Assembly: GCA_029551925.1 (NCBI GenBank)
Contig: JAKPEO010000124.1
Location: forward strand, 86,898-150,897
DNA: 64,000 nucleotides
Reading direction: 5' to 3'
Source of the DNA: a bacterium
Lineage (GTDB): Bacteria; JAGOBX01
Shown here in pieces: positions 13,231 to 21,598 of this stretch; position 1 is the stretch's first letter; the number at the start of each line of letters is the position of its first letter. Both the position numbers and the translations under genes were made by a program. The notes below the pieces were generated by a model, which saw only the letters and a list, made by a program, of their open reading frames with translations, was not told the origin of the DNA and made no database searches.

Positions 13231-14369
13231 TCGATTTTTATCTCTAAACTTTTATCTGTTAAATTATCATTTGATATGCATAACGCCTGCTGCATCAAAT
13301 TTCGCTGACTATCTAATATTCTATTAAACGCCGCTGTTAATACGCCTATTTCGTCTTTTGAACGAACCTCTAAATTCTCTATTTTTAAATCTCCTGCTGC
13401 TAATTTCTCGCCGATTTTCGTCATCTTTATTATAGGATTTGTAATCTTTTTACTGAAAATATACGCTAAAAATATTCCCGGTATAGTAAACGAAACAAAA
13501 TAAATCACAGCATTATTTTTGATATTATTTATAACCGCTTCTTTGATTTCTGCGAGATTTTTCTCGATCTTTTGAATTTCAAAAGTTTTTTGTGTATCAG
13601 CACTTTGTTCTAATTGCTTTCTCTCGTTGTCGATTTTTTCTAAAAAATCTACGCGCATCTTCTCTAATTGCTTATTTAATGTTTCAAGAGAATACGCGAT
13701 TATTACCACTCCCCAAAATTGACCGCTTATATTTATTGGCTGGACTAATCTATAAATCTCGATGCCAAATTTATCGTCTTTCATCTTTTCTCCGATTAAT
13801 TTTTTTTCGCTAAATACTTTGTTAATTAATAAATCCTGCACTTTTTTATTCTCTAAATCAGAAGTTTCAAAAAATTCGCCTTCTGTAAATTTTTTCTGCT
13901 TTTTAGAATAATTTCCAGAAATTTTATAAAACATCGCTTGCTTATTGCTGTCTATCAATATTGCATAAACTACACTTGCATCATTTTTGAACAATTCATT
14001 AAATGCAGTCGTAGCAAAACCAAAATCATAATTAGATATAGCATTCGCTAATTGCCCTGACAAATTAGATATTACTACCCGGCCTTTTTGAGTTATTGCC
14101 TCTGTTAAATTTGTCGTGAGCATCTCCATATTTTCAGAAAATTGTTTATTTAATAAGTCGGTCATTTGCTTGATGGCATAATCAAAATTATTTTGTATTA
14201 ACTTTTGACTATTATCTATAAATGATTTGCTTTGGGTATTTAATAATCCAATATTTCCGCGAAAATTTAAACCTATTAATAATGAAATTATTATTAAAAG
14301 CAAGATTAATATAAAGGCAGTAAGTTTAAATGATAATTTATGCCAAAAAAACTGTTTGTTTACATCCAT
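11853..14369 (-). CDS. Methyl-accepting chemotaxis protein with a tandem poly-HAMP array.
   Basis: 838-aa ORF with an N-terminal TM segment. The MCP signalling core is [34 protein letters not shown]. Several ~44-aa HAMP-like repeats are present (GxLGKAFxDMxxNLRNLxxQAxxIAxDDL). Confidence 0.9.
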   Translation of the reverse strand: MDVNKQFFWHKLSFKLTAFILILLLIIISLLIGLNFRGNIGLLNTQSKSFIDNSQKLIQNNFDYAIKQMTDLLNKQFSENMEMLTTNLTEAITQKGRVVISNLSGQLANAISNYDFGFATTAFNELFKNDASVVYAILIDSNKQAMFYKISGNYSKKQKKFTEGEFFETSDLENKKVQDLLINKVFSEKKLIGEKMKDDKFGIEIYRLVQPINISGQFWGVVIIAYSLETLNKQLEKMRVDFLEKIDNERKQLEQSADTQKTFEIQKIEKNLAEIKEAVINNIKNNAVIYFVSFTIPGIFLAYIFSKKITNPIIKMTKIGEKLAAGDLKIENLEVRSKDEIGVLTAAFNRILDSQRNLMQQALCISNDNLTDKSLEIKIEGDLGEAFYKMAANLKNLAEQAQIIANDDLYNERLSTDGAGTLGKAFSDVIVNLRNLTKQAQLIANDELYANELSTSGSGTLSKAFAEMTKNLRQFAGLAKLIADGELSNKNLKIEKTGVLSNAFKDMIFSLKKLSEQADAIARGELHHPILSETVKGELGNNFKIMTNNLRNLISDLENIINEVKKVAVTIDEVSETVNNSSNEFIKQSNEQSLLTHDTDTALTEFSASVQEIDHNCEKSREISNNTINAVKNGLKIMDMVTLEMENIKESIKTTSNKLDTLNENSQKISNIVEIITGISRKISLLALNAAIESARAGEAGRGFAIVADEVNKLSEQTHKSVKEISLLVDTIKVQTSLSVESMNSGRTLINKGVELVEQAASSFNVINSAIEETNNSIVEISEAVKEQTSVINSIVASTDKLKNISAQILKKSEDLKSKGEALKKNTKSLVDVLKKTK

Positions 14370-14597
14370 ATTATAATCAGTTTTGCTGTTTTTTTCTATT
14401 TTTTATTTTTTCACAGCGCAAACTTTTAGTTTATAATTATACTAAAAATAATAAAAAAAGCAACTCTTTAATTCTACTAAATTATAAACGGATAATAAAC
14501 ATAAATTGTTTAAAATAGATTGCGTAGAATTTTAATCGCAAATTTTTATTTACCTAACGTATTTTACAATTTTACAATAATGATATAAAATTCGATT

Positions 14598-14626
14598 TTG
14601 TCAACCGAGACGGCTTGAAATACAAT
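14598..14626 (+). promoter_or_regulatory. Sigma70-like promoter on the plus strand with no plus-strand gene downstream.
   Basis: TTGTCA at 14598-14603, a 17-nt spacer, and TACAAT at 14621-14626. It lies about 55 nt upstream of the conserved 21-nt motif at 14683. Confidence 0.3.
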
Positions 14627-14682
14627 TTGATATAAAATTTGCAATTACAACTTGCTGTCTGTTTAACAATAAATATTAAAAG

Positions 14683-14703
14683 GGGACAGGCGTCACCTCT
14701 TCA
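14683..14703 (+). repeat. Copy 1 of the conserved 21-nt GC-rich intergenic motif GGGACAGGCGTCACCTCTTCA.
   Basis: An exact 21/21 match to 22776-22796. It is embedded in DNA of roughly 20% GC and is followed by an 11-bp-stem hairpin at 14722-14753. Confidence 0.6.
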
Positions 14704-14801
14704 GCACAAAATACCAAAAAACTATTTTAGAATTTTAGAAATTTCTAAAATAGATATTCGCTAACTATAATAGAAGACGCCTCTATAAAAAAAAAGTTAG
14801 A

Positions 14802-15722
14802 TTAGTATTTCAATGTCAAACTAATTCTATGCGCATCACCGAGCGAACTATACCCAGTAAATGCATAATCAAACGAAAGATTATTAATTTTAAAACCAAT
14901 ACCGCAACTAATACCATTGCCAATATCAATTGCAGAATCATACCCAAATCTAATAAACATCGCGTTAACATAATTTAATTCTGCTCCGAGATTAACAGAT
15001 AAATCTTCTTTATCCGGACACACTAAATCCGCTGCTGGCGTTAATTTTACATCTTTACTCAATTCTAAATCTGTTGATAAGCCAAGTCTATATTCAATAG
15101 GCAGACTTTCTTTTTCACTTTCATATTTTAATTTAGTGCCTAAATTTTTGATAGTAAAACCAAATTTAGCTAATTTTTCGTAATCATAGATTATCCCTAA
15201 ATCTGTTGCAAATGCAGTTGCTTTACTATCATCTATTTTTGATGAAATGTATTTCAGTTTCGCGCCGAAATTAAAATTGTTATTTATTTTTTTACCGTAA
15301 GAAACGCCGACTTCTAAATCGCGCGCATCAAAAGCGCCAACATCAGTATAAGTAACGCCTGTTGCTATCAATGTTTTTCTGAAATCGCCGGCGTCAAACA
15401 TTGCTACATTTAAACCAAATACGCCATATAATGCTTTTATCGGTTGACTATATGCTAAATAATTATAATTCAAATCTTGAAAATAATTATTATGCATAAA
15501 AGTAAATTGTTTGTTTTCTACAAATCCCAAACCAGCAGCATTAGCATAGATACTGTTAATATCATTGGTTTGAGAAGTATATGCGCCAGCAAGTCCAGCA
15601 ATTACAGCGCTGGTCGGCATTCTTAAAAACAATGCGCTTTTTGTGCCATTGCCAGCAAAAACAACTGAACTAATCAAACATAAAATTATAATCAAACTTA
15701 TTATCTTTTTCATTTTTCTCAC
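14802..15722 (-). CDS. PorV/PorQ-family outer-membrane beta-barrel, T9SS-associated.
   Basis: 306-aa ORF with a signal peptide. N-terminal motif SAVIAGLAGAYTSQTNDINSIYANAAGLGF matches the PorV/PorQ/PorP consensus (gaRa.amgGA....aD..a...NPAGL). The C-terminus ends aromatic (SLTLKY). It lies 26 bp downstream of a T9SS cargo gene. Confidence 0.6.
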   Translation of the reverse strand: MRKMKKIISLIIILCLISSVVFAGNGTKSALFLRMPTSAVIAGLAGAYTSQTNDINSIYANAAGLGFVENKQFTFMHNNYFQDLNYNYLAYSQPIKALYGVFGLNVAMFDAGDFRKTLIATGVTYTDVGAFDARDLEVGVSYGKKINNNFNFGAKLKYISSKIDDSKATAFATDLGIIYDYEKLAKFGFTIKNLGTKLKYESEKESLPIEYRLGLSTDLELSKDVKLTPAADLVCPDKEDLSVNLGAELNYVNAMFIRFGYDSAIDIGNGISCGIGFKINNLSFDYAFTGYSSLGDAHRISLTLKY

Positions 15723-15748
15723 CTGCTTGTTATTTTTATAAAATTTTA

Positions 15749-18700
15749 TTATCGAATAATTGCTAATTTCTTAACTTTCTTTCCGAGCGGGCTCTCGATT
15801 ACTACAAGATATACGCCGCTTGCTACTTTCTCGCCTTTCTTATTATACGCATCCCAAATTACCATTCCTTGATTAGTCAACGGCTCGCATTCATCTACTA
15901 ACTGACCTAAAATATCATAAATTTTTATTTTTGCGTTTGCTGGTAATCCAATGATATGAATACCAGTCATATTACCGGCATTTAGCGCGCCAGAAAATTC
16001 AGCGCCTGTTGCAGGATTACCATCATTAGGTTTAAACGGATTTGGAAAGATAACTATATTATCCATTGTCGTCTGCACAGGTGCGCCTGCTGAAAAAACG
16101 CCGTAAATAGAAAAATGCGTTAGTCTTGCAATTATTTTATCAGACTGGCGACTAATTATTTGCGTATCTGCTAATGCTTGCCATTCATTCTGTGTTTCGT
16201 TAAACCAATAAACGCTAACATATTTATTTTGCAATTGCAGCGGCAAATTAAAAGTAATCGTACAACTTACATTATTGTTTATTGATTGGTTATTCTGTAT
16301 AAAATCAAATTTGCGCACGGTTTGCAAACCTGCTGAATAATCAGCGTCAGTGCCGAATTTCTTAACTGTTTGTTTGACCTGTTCGCTGGCTTCTATCTTT
16401 TGTTTTACCGTCGTATCTTCTGCTGTTTTGATAGAAACATTTATCGGCAAACTTGTATCGCTAAATGTTAAATTTAATTCTATTGTCGCGTTATTAGCAG
16501 TAGCAATATTTAAAACTGCGGTATTCGGCGCTTGATTATTGTTTGCCAGCACTGCATTCACTATAACAGCGGTAGTATCTTCTATTATCACAATCGGCGC
16601 AGCAGAATCAATTGTTGTATTGATTATCTTTATTGAAGTATCGTTATTATAATAAACTAGCAAATTAATATAAGTTTCGTTCCCGACAAAATCTGTTGCG
16701 ATGATTTTTAAAGTGTTAGTATTTGCTTGCAAATTTGAAACCGCGCAAGTAAATGTATCCGCCGGCAATCCTAATGTCACATAAAAAGTATCTTGATTAT
16801 TCAATACTATTTTTGCAGTATCATTAGCGGGTGTATGATTTAATTTACCAATAACGCTAATATTATCTGTGTCAATAACTATGCCGCTTGCCGGCGAAAT
16901 AATTTGTAAATTTGGTGCTGTAACATCAATATTAAATGTTATTTTAGCGCTATTTTTTGGCGGTTCGTTATTAACTGAACTTGCTGTAAATATAATAGTT
17001 TTTATACCGTCACTTGTAAATGTAATTTGTTGAGAAAATACTGTTGTGTCAGTATTAGAAAAAACTGTCGTTGTATTACCGCTTTCAGAATTATAAACCT
17101 GTAAAGTATTCAACGCTCCGATATTGCCAAAACTACCAGTAAAAATTACGGTCCGTGAATTTATTGTAGTATCAACAGTATAAGACAACGGATTAACGCT
17201 AAGCGGCGTAATATCTTGTCTTTTTAAAACTATAAATTGATTAATATTATTTACCTGCGTTACTGTCTCGCCAGCTAATAAATAATAAGTTGTATTGCCT
17301 AAAACATCAATTGCTTCTAAACCATAATAAACTAATCCTGAATCCAATGAATTAGCGCTACGCGCCGGAATTGTAAAAGTATCAGTTAAAGTTTTGCTGT
17401 TATTTGCTGTTTTTGAAATTTCTATCAAATTATCTAAAATCGCAGCGCTATCAATATCTACATAATATAAATTTACTTCTCCGATATTACTATAAACATC
17501 TGTCACACTAAACTGTAAATTAATCGCTTGCGTAGTATCAGCCCAAGTAACTGGCGTAAATGTAAAACTCGGGCCTGTCTGGTCTAATATAATTGTATCG
17601 TTGACAGTAGTATAATTTCCAGCAGAATCATATACTTTAATTGAGATTGTTTTTATCCCATCGCCAGCAGTTAATTCTATATTAAATTGATTTCCTGATG
17701 TTATTGCAATCTCGCCTTTATAAGCAGTTAATACATCACTGCTTGCTAATATTTCGATTGTATCTTTTCTATCAGTTGAATCACTGTAGCTAAATGTAAC
17801 TACTTGCTGCGTAAAATTTGTTATATCAGCTGAACCAATTTGTAAACTTATATTCGGCGCAGTGTTATCAAAAAATATCGTAGCACTACCTGCCGGTGAA
17901 GTGTTGCCTTCTATATCTACATATTCGCAATATATTGTTTTTATTCCATTTGTATTAGTCAATGATACTGCATAAGTCATAATGTTAGTATCTGTAATAT
18001 TCACTTGATTTTCTATATCGCCGTAAATTCTGCCAGTTGCTAAACCAATGCCTGTTATTGATAATTTATTTATCACAACTGTGCAGTTATTTGAATTAGT
18101 CAATGGCGCTTGAACTATCGAAATTTCTGGCGCTGAATAATCTATGCGCTGTAATTTTACAAACTGCGAAATTTGTGAAGGCGAAACAGTCGTCTCTCCT
18201 GATATTATATAATATTTTACATTATCTAAAGTATCCGATACCGCTAAATAATAATATACAAATCCAGAATCAGCAATAGTCGCATTACGCGCTGGTATAG
18301 TAAAAGTATCGGAATATTCTATCGATTGCCCGCTCGGCGTTAATGTTATTATTTGCACATTATTAAAATCTGCAGTTGAATCCATTTCTATATAATGTAA
18401 CGCTACGCCTTTAATATACCGCTGGTCTGATACAGTAAACTGCAAATTAATCGCTTGTGTAGTATCAGCCCAAGTAACTGGCGTAAAATTGAAAGTCGGT
18501 CCAGTTTGGTCTAATGTTATTGTCGCAGAGGTTTCAGATATATTGCCTGCTAAATCTTGAAATCGCGCTGTAATAGTTTTTACGCCGTCGCCGGTTGTTA
18601 AGATTATTTGCTGCGGTGAACTGTTAGTTATCTGCGCAGCATTAGTTAAATCGCCAGTTATAATAATCGTGTCTTGTAAATTTACATCAGAAACATTAAA

Positions 18701-19837
18701 TGTTAATTGAAGATAAGTAGTATTTGTCAAAGTATTATTCGCATTTAAAATAAACGAATTAATAACCGGCGCCGTTTTATCTAATGTTATTGCTATTGGA
18801 TTAGAGGTTGAATTACCGAACCAATCTTTTACTTGTAATAATAAATTTTTAGCGCCATCGCCAATAGATAAATTACATTGCGCGCTGGAAGCACTATATG
18901 TTTTCCACTCATCAGCATCGGTTACATCGCCAGTAATTTTATAATATAATGTATCCATTAAATAATTATTTCCAGAATTAGTAGCATTAAATGTTATTGT
19001 TATAGTTGTATCATTAGCGTATTGCGAATAATTTAAATTGCTTATGATCGGAGTTTCTACTTTAGAAAAATTATATTGCGGATTCGTTGTTACATTTTTA
19101 TTTGCTTCTTCTATGACATAATTCCCTAAACTATAATTCGGCTCGCCAGCGTCATACTGATTATTATCATTCAAATCAATAAAAGTTTTGAGACTATAAT
19201 TTGTGTAAAATAAATTATTAAATGAATAATTGAAATTATTACTAACATTTAATGCATTTAAATTTAAAGTAAACATTTGCGAATCTGTCGTTATTTCAGC
19301 GTTATTAGCCCAAGTAGTCAAATATAAATATATTTTTTTATTATTCAACGATTCTGCGTTAGTAGAATTTGTATTAAATGTAAATTGTCCGCTTATCGAA
19401 CCATCGCCTGGTAAAGGAAAATATACTATATTTGCATATGCACGATTATCATTATTATCACTAACGCTTAAATACAAATTATGTGGCGCACGATTAGTAT
19501 AATTTATGTTGGCATTATAACTCGTTAAATCTTGACTTGCATTTTCTTTATCTATTGATTGATTATAATGAAATGATGGACTGCCGTTGGCATAAATAGA
19601 TATATTAACAAAATCAATTAATGCATTTTGCGAAGGATCGCTTAATGTCCAAACAAATTGTCCAGTAGAATCATTTACAGAATATGCAATCGGCTTTGTA
19701 ATTATCAACGGCGTTGAAATGCCTTTGATAAATTTTGCGGTTGCTCTATAAATTGTATCATCATTATATTTTTTCACATTAAAATTATAACTCGTGCCGC
19801 TTACAGGAAAATCTGAAATAACAATATTAAGTATCAA
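15749..19837 (-). CDS. Large cell-surface protein with tandem Ig-like modules and a T9SS C-terminal sorting domain. It is probably the downstream part of a frameshifted gene that is continuous with 19827..20465.
   Basis: 1362-aa ORF. The C-terminal ~90 aa are a classic T9SS CTD (FPNPF...KIKIYDILGQLVDE...GEKVASGVYLVVIE...KKLAIIR). Internal ~310-aa repeats begin DQTGP(T/S)F(N/T)FTPVTWADTTQAINLQF. There is no ATG start and no signal peptide; the predicted start is TTG, which overlaps the upstream ORF by 11 bp. Confidence 0.75.
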   Translation of the reverse strand: MILNIVISDFPVSGTSYNFNVKKYNDDTIYRATAKFIKGISTPLIITKPIAYSVNDSTGQFVWTLSDPSQNALIDFVNISIYANGSPSFHYNQSIDKENASQDLTSYNANINYTNRAPHNLYLSVSDNNDNRAYANIVYFPLPGDGSISGQFTFNTNSTNAESLNNKKIYLYLTTWANNAEITTDSQMFTLNLNALNVSNNFNYSFNNLFYTNYSLKTFIDLNDNNQYDAGEPNYSLGNYVIEEANKNVTTNPQYNFSKVETPIISNLNYSQYANDTTITITFNATNSGNNYLMDTLYYKITGDVTDADEWKTYSASSAQCNLSIGDGAKNLLLQVKDWFGNSTSNPIAITLDKTAPVINSFILNANNTLTNTTYLQLTFNVSDVNLQDTIIITGDLTNAAQITNSSPQQIILTTGDGVKTITARFQDLAGNISETSATITLDQTGPTFNFTPVTWADTTQAINLQFTVSDQRYIKGVALHYIEMDSTADFNNVQIITLTPSGQSIEYSDTFTIPARNATIADSGFVYYYLAVSDTLDNVKYYIISGETTVSPSQISQFVKLQRIDYSAPEISIVQAPLTNSNNCTVVINKLSITGIGLATGRIYGDIENQVNITDTNIMTYAVSLTNTNGIKTIYCEYVDIEGNTSPAGSATIFFDNTAPNISLQIGSADITNFTQQVVTFSYSDSTDRKDTIEILASSDVLTAYKGEIAITSGNQFNIELTAGDGIKTISIKVYDSAGNYTTVNDTIILDQTGPSFTFTPVTWADTTQAINLQFSVTDVYSNIGEVNLYYVDIDSAAILDNLIEISKTANNSKTLTDTFTIPARSANSLDSGLVYYGLEAIDVLGNTTYYLLAGETVTQVNNINQFIVLKRQDITPLSVNPLSYTVDTTINSRTVIFTGSFGNIGALNTLQVYNSESGNTTTVFSNTDTTVFSQQITFTSDGIKTIIFTASSVNNEPPKNSAKITFNIDVTAPNLQIISPASGIVIDTDNISVIGKLNHTPANDTAKIVLNNQDTFYVTLGLPADTFTCAVSNLQANTNTLKIIATDFVGNETYINLLVYYNNDTSIKIINTTIDSAAPIVIIEDTTAVIVNAVLANNNQAPNTAVLNIATANNATIELNLTFSDTSLPINVSIKTAEDTTVKQKIEASEQVKQTVKKFGTDADYSAGLQTVRKFDFIQNNQSINNNVSCTITFNLPLQLQNKYVSVYWFNETQNEWQALADTQIISRQSDKIIARLTHFSIYGVFSAGAPVQTTMDNIVIFPNPFKPNDGNPATGAEFSGALNAGNMTGIHIIGLPANAKIKIYDILGQLVDECEPLTNQGMVIWDAYNKKGEKVASGVYLVVIESPLGKKVKKLAIIR
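17197..18604 (-). repeat. Intragenic tandem duplication: ~0.47-kb repeat segments spaced ~0.93 kb apart (approximately 18127-18604 and 17197-17671).
   Basis: DNA strings such as AATCGCTTG(C/T)GTAGTATCAGCCCAAGTAACTGGCGTAAA recur about 930 bp apart. The encoded modules are LDQTGPTFNFTPVTWADTTQAINLQFTVSD... and LDQTGPSFTFTPVTWADTTQAINLQFSVTD... Confidence 0.7.
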
Positions 19838-20465
19838 AAGAAGGATAATCTCCGTCCATTCTACCGATTAATGGAAGCCAATTTGAATTATAATTTACTT
19901 GCGCATATTCAATAACATTTGAATCACAATCAACGCCATTAATAATTATTTTACGTTCATCATTAAAATCAAGTTTGAAATATACCCGCAATGAATTATC
20001 CGGTCTTAATTCTGTAAATACCATAGCGCCAAACTGATTTTGATTGCCATACAAATACCAGGCATTATTTATTTTCTTCAAAATAAATGTTTCAGTCTCT
20101 ATCATCGTATCTGAACCGTCGCCTAAATGCAATTGAAATGTCGCTTCTACTATTGTTTCGCTTACTGACGCTACTGACAAAACAGGCAATAACATTTGCA
20201 TACCTTGTTGGATCGCTGGGATAATTTCATCGTTTAACTCATTAATAAGCAACTTGCTATCTTCACCATCATCTAAATAATCAGGAGCTAATAAAGTATA
20301 TAAACTTTGAGTATCGAGATTATTGCAAAATTGCGCAAATGAATCAAACATCGCTTGTATCTCTGCTTGTAATTGTTGATTAGCATACAGGTTCGCTCTA
20401 AAACCAAAAAACAAACTAATAAAAATAAATAACCCTATAATAATCTTTAATTTTCTCATAACCAC
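19827..20465 (-). CDS. Small secreted protein bearing a signal peptide. It is likely the N-terminal part of the T9SS cargo, split off by a frameshift.
   Basis: 212-aa ORF with signal peptide MVMRKLKIIIGLFIFISLFFGFRANLYA. It ends 11 bp inside the next ORF. Removing one T from the TTTT run around 19836-19839 joins the two ORFs in frame. Confidence 0.6.
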   Translation of the reverse strand: MVMRKLKIIIGLFIFISLFFGFRANLYANQQLQAEIQAMFDSFAQFCNNLDTQSLYTLLAPDYLDDGEDSKLLINELNDEIIPAIQQGMQMLLPVLSVASVSETIVEATFQLHLGDGSDTMIETETFILKKINNAWYLYGNQNQFGAMVFTELRPDNSLRVYFKLDFNDERKIIINGVDCDSNVIEYAQVNYNSNWLPLIGRMDGDYPSFDT

Positions 20466-20630
20466 TATCTCCTCCTAACTTTTTTTATTTGCATTTTTCA
20501 TTTTTTATTCGGAAATATTATATATGAAAATTTAAAAAAAACAATTTTTTTTTGTTCCAGTTTTTTATAATACATTAATTTTATAAAAAAATTCTATTTC
20601 ATCATATATCAAAAAATTTCGTATATAATA

Positions 20631-21254
20631 TTATACTTTTAATATTTCAACTTTGCATTTTGCTTTTTGGGAAAATTTCACAGCATCTGATTCTGACCCG
20701 ACAATCGAGCCCCAATGCATTGGTATTGCTATTTTTGGTGTAATTATAGTATTTACTGCTTCTGCCGCTTCATCAGCAGTCATTGTATAAGTTCCGCCGA
20801 CAGCCATCAAAGCATAATCAACATTTGCGGCAATTTTCATTTCTGGAATAATATCAGTATCGCCTGAATGATAGATTTTTATATTATCAAATTCTATTAT
20901 ATAGCCCAGCCAATTATTTTTTTTAGGATGAAATTGTTTGTTTATATTATATGCTGATATCCCAGTAATTTTAACATAATCATCTTTATAAATGTCATTT
21001 GGCTTAAAATAATTTGTAATTTTAAATTTTGTAGTTTTACAATCAGCAGGTGCAAATATTTTGGTATTAGTTTGAACAAGCGGCAAAATATCATCTTCTG
21101 AAAAATGGTCATAATGCGAATGCGTCGATAAAATATAATCCGCTTTATAATTTGCTTTGTTATTATAAGCATCAATAACTATTACTTTATCAGTAGAAGT
21201 TGTAATTTTAAAATATGCATGACCATACCATTTTAATTCTTTCATAAACTTCAC
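20631..21254 (-). CDS. Metallo-beta-lactamase-fold hydrolase.
   Basis: 207-aa ORF. Contains the HxHxDH motif (LSTHSHYDHF) plus downstream His and Asp residues. Size and layout match UPF0173 / UlaG-like small MBL proteins. Confidence 0.6.
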   Translation of the reverse strand: MKFMKELKWYGHAYFKITTSTDKVIVIDAYNNKANYKADYILSTHSHYDHFSEDDILPLVQTNTKIFAPADCKTTKFKITNYFKPNDIYKDDYVKITGISAYNINKQFHPKKNNWLGYIIEFDNIKIYHSGDTDIIPEMKIAANVDYALMAVGGTYTMTADEAAEAVNTIITPKIAIPMHWGSIVGSESDAVKFSQKAKCKVEILKV

Positions 21255-21276
21255 CGTCTTTATTTTAATATAAAAT

Positions 21277-21594
21277 TTATATGCGTTCTAACAGTACAAT
21301 CATCGTGCCGCCACAGACATCGCCGTCAGCCAAACCAACAGGATCAGTTAAATTTACTTCAATTAATTCAGCATAATATTCATTTTTGGTAATTATAAAT
21401 TCTATTGCTTTTTTGATAATCGAACCTTCTACGCAGCCGCCGCCAATTGTGCCGAGCGTAGAGCCGTCAGCAAAAATAGTCATTCTTGCGCCCGCTTGCT
21501 GCGGGGTTGAACCGACATTTTTTATTACAGTAGCTAAACAATATGGTTTAGCGAATTTATTTGTATTTTCAATTAATTCTATTAAATTTTTCAT
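21277..21594 (-). CDS. Stand-alone XdhC/CoxI N-terminal-domain protein, a molybdoenzyme maturation accessory.
   Basis: 105-aa ORF. Sequence ATVIKNVGSTPQQAGARMTIFADGSTLGTIGGGCVEGSII matches the XdhC_CoxI signature (ATVv...GSaPr..GakM...G...GsiSGGC.E). Confidence 0.5.
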   Translation of the reverse strand: MKNLIELIENTNKFAKPYCLATVIKNVGSTPQQAGARMTIFADGSTLGTIGGGCVEGSIIKKAIEFIITKNEYYAELIEVNLTDPVGLADGDVCGGTMIVLLERI

Positions 21595-21598
21595 AATA

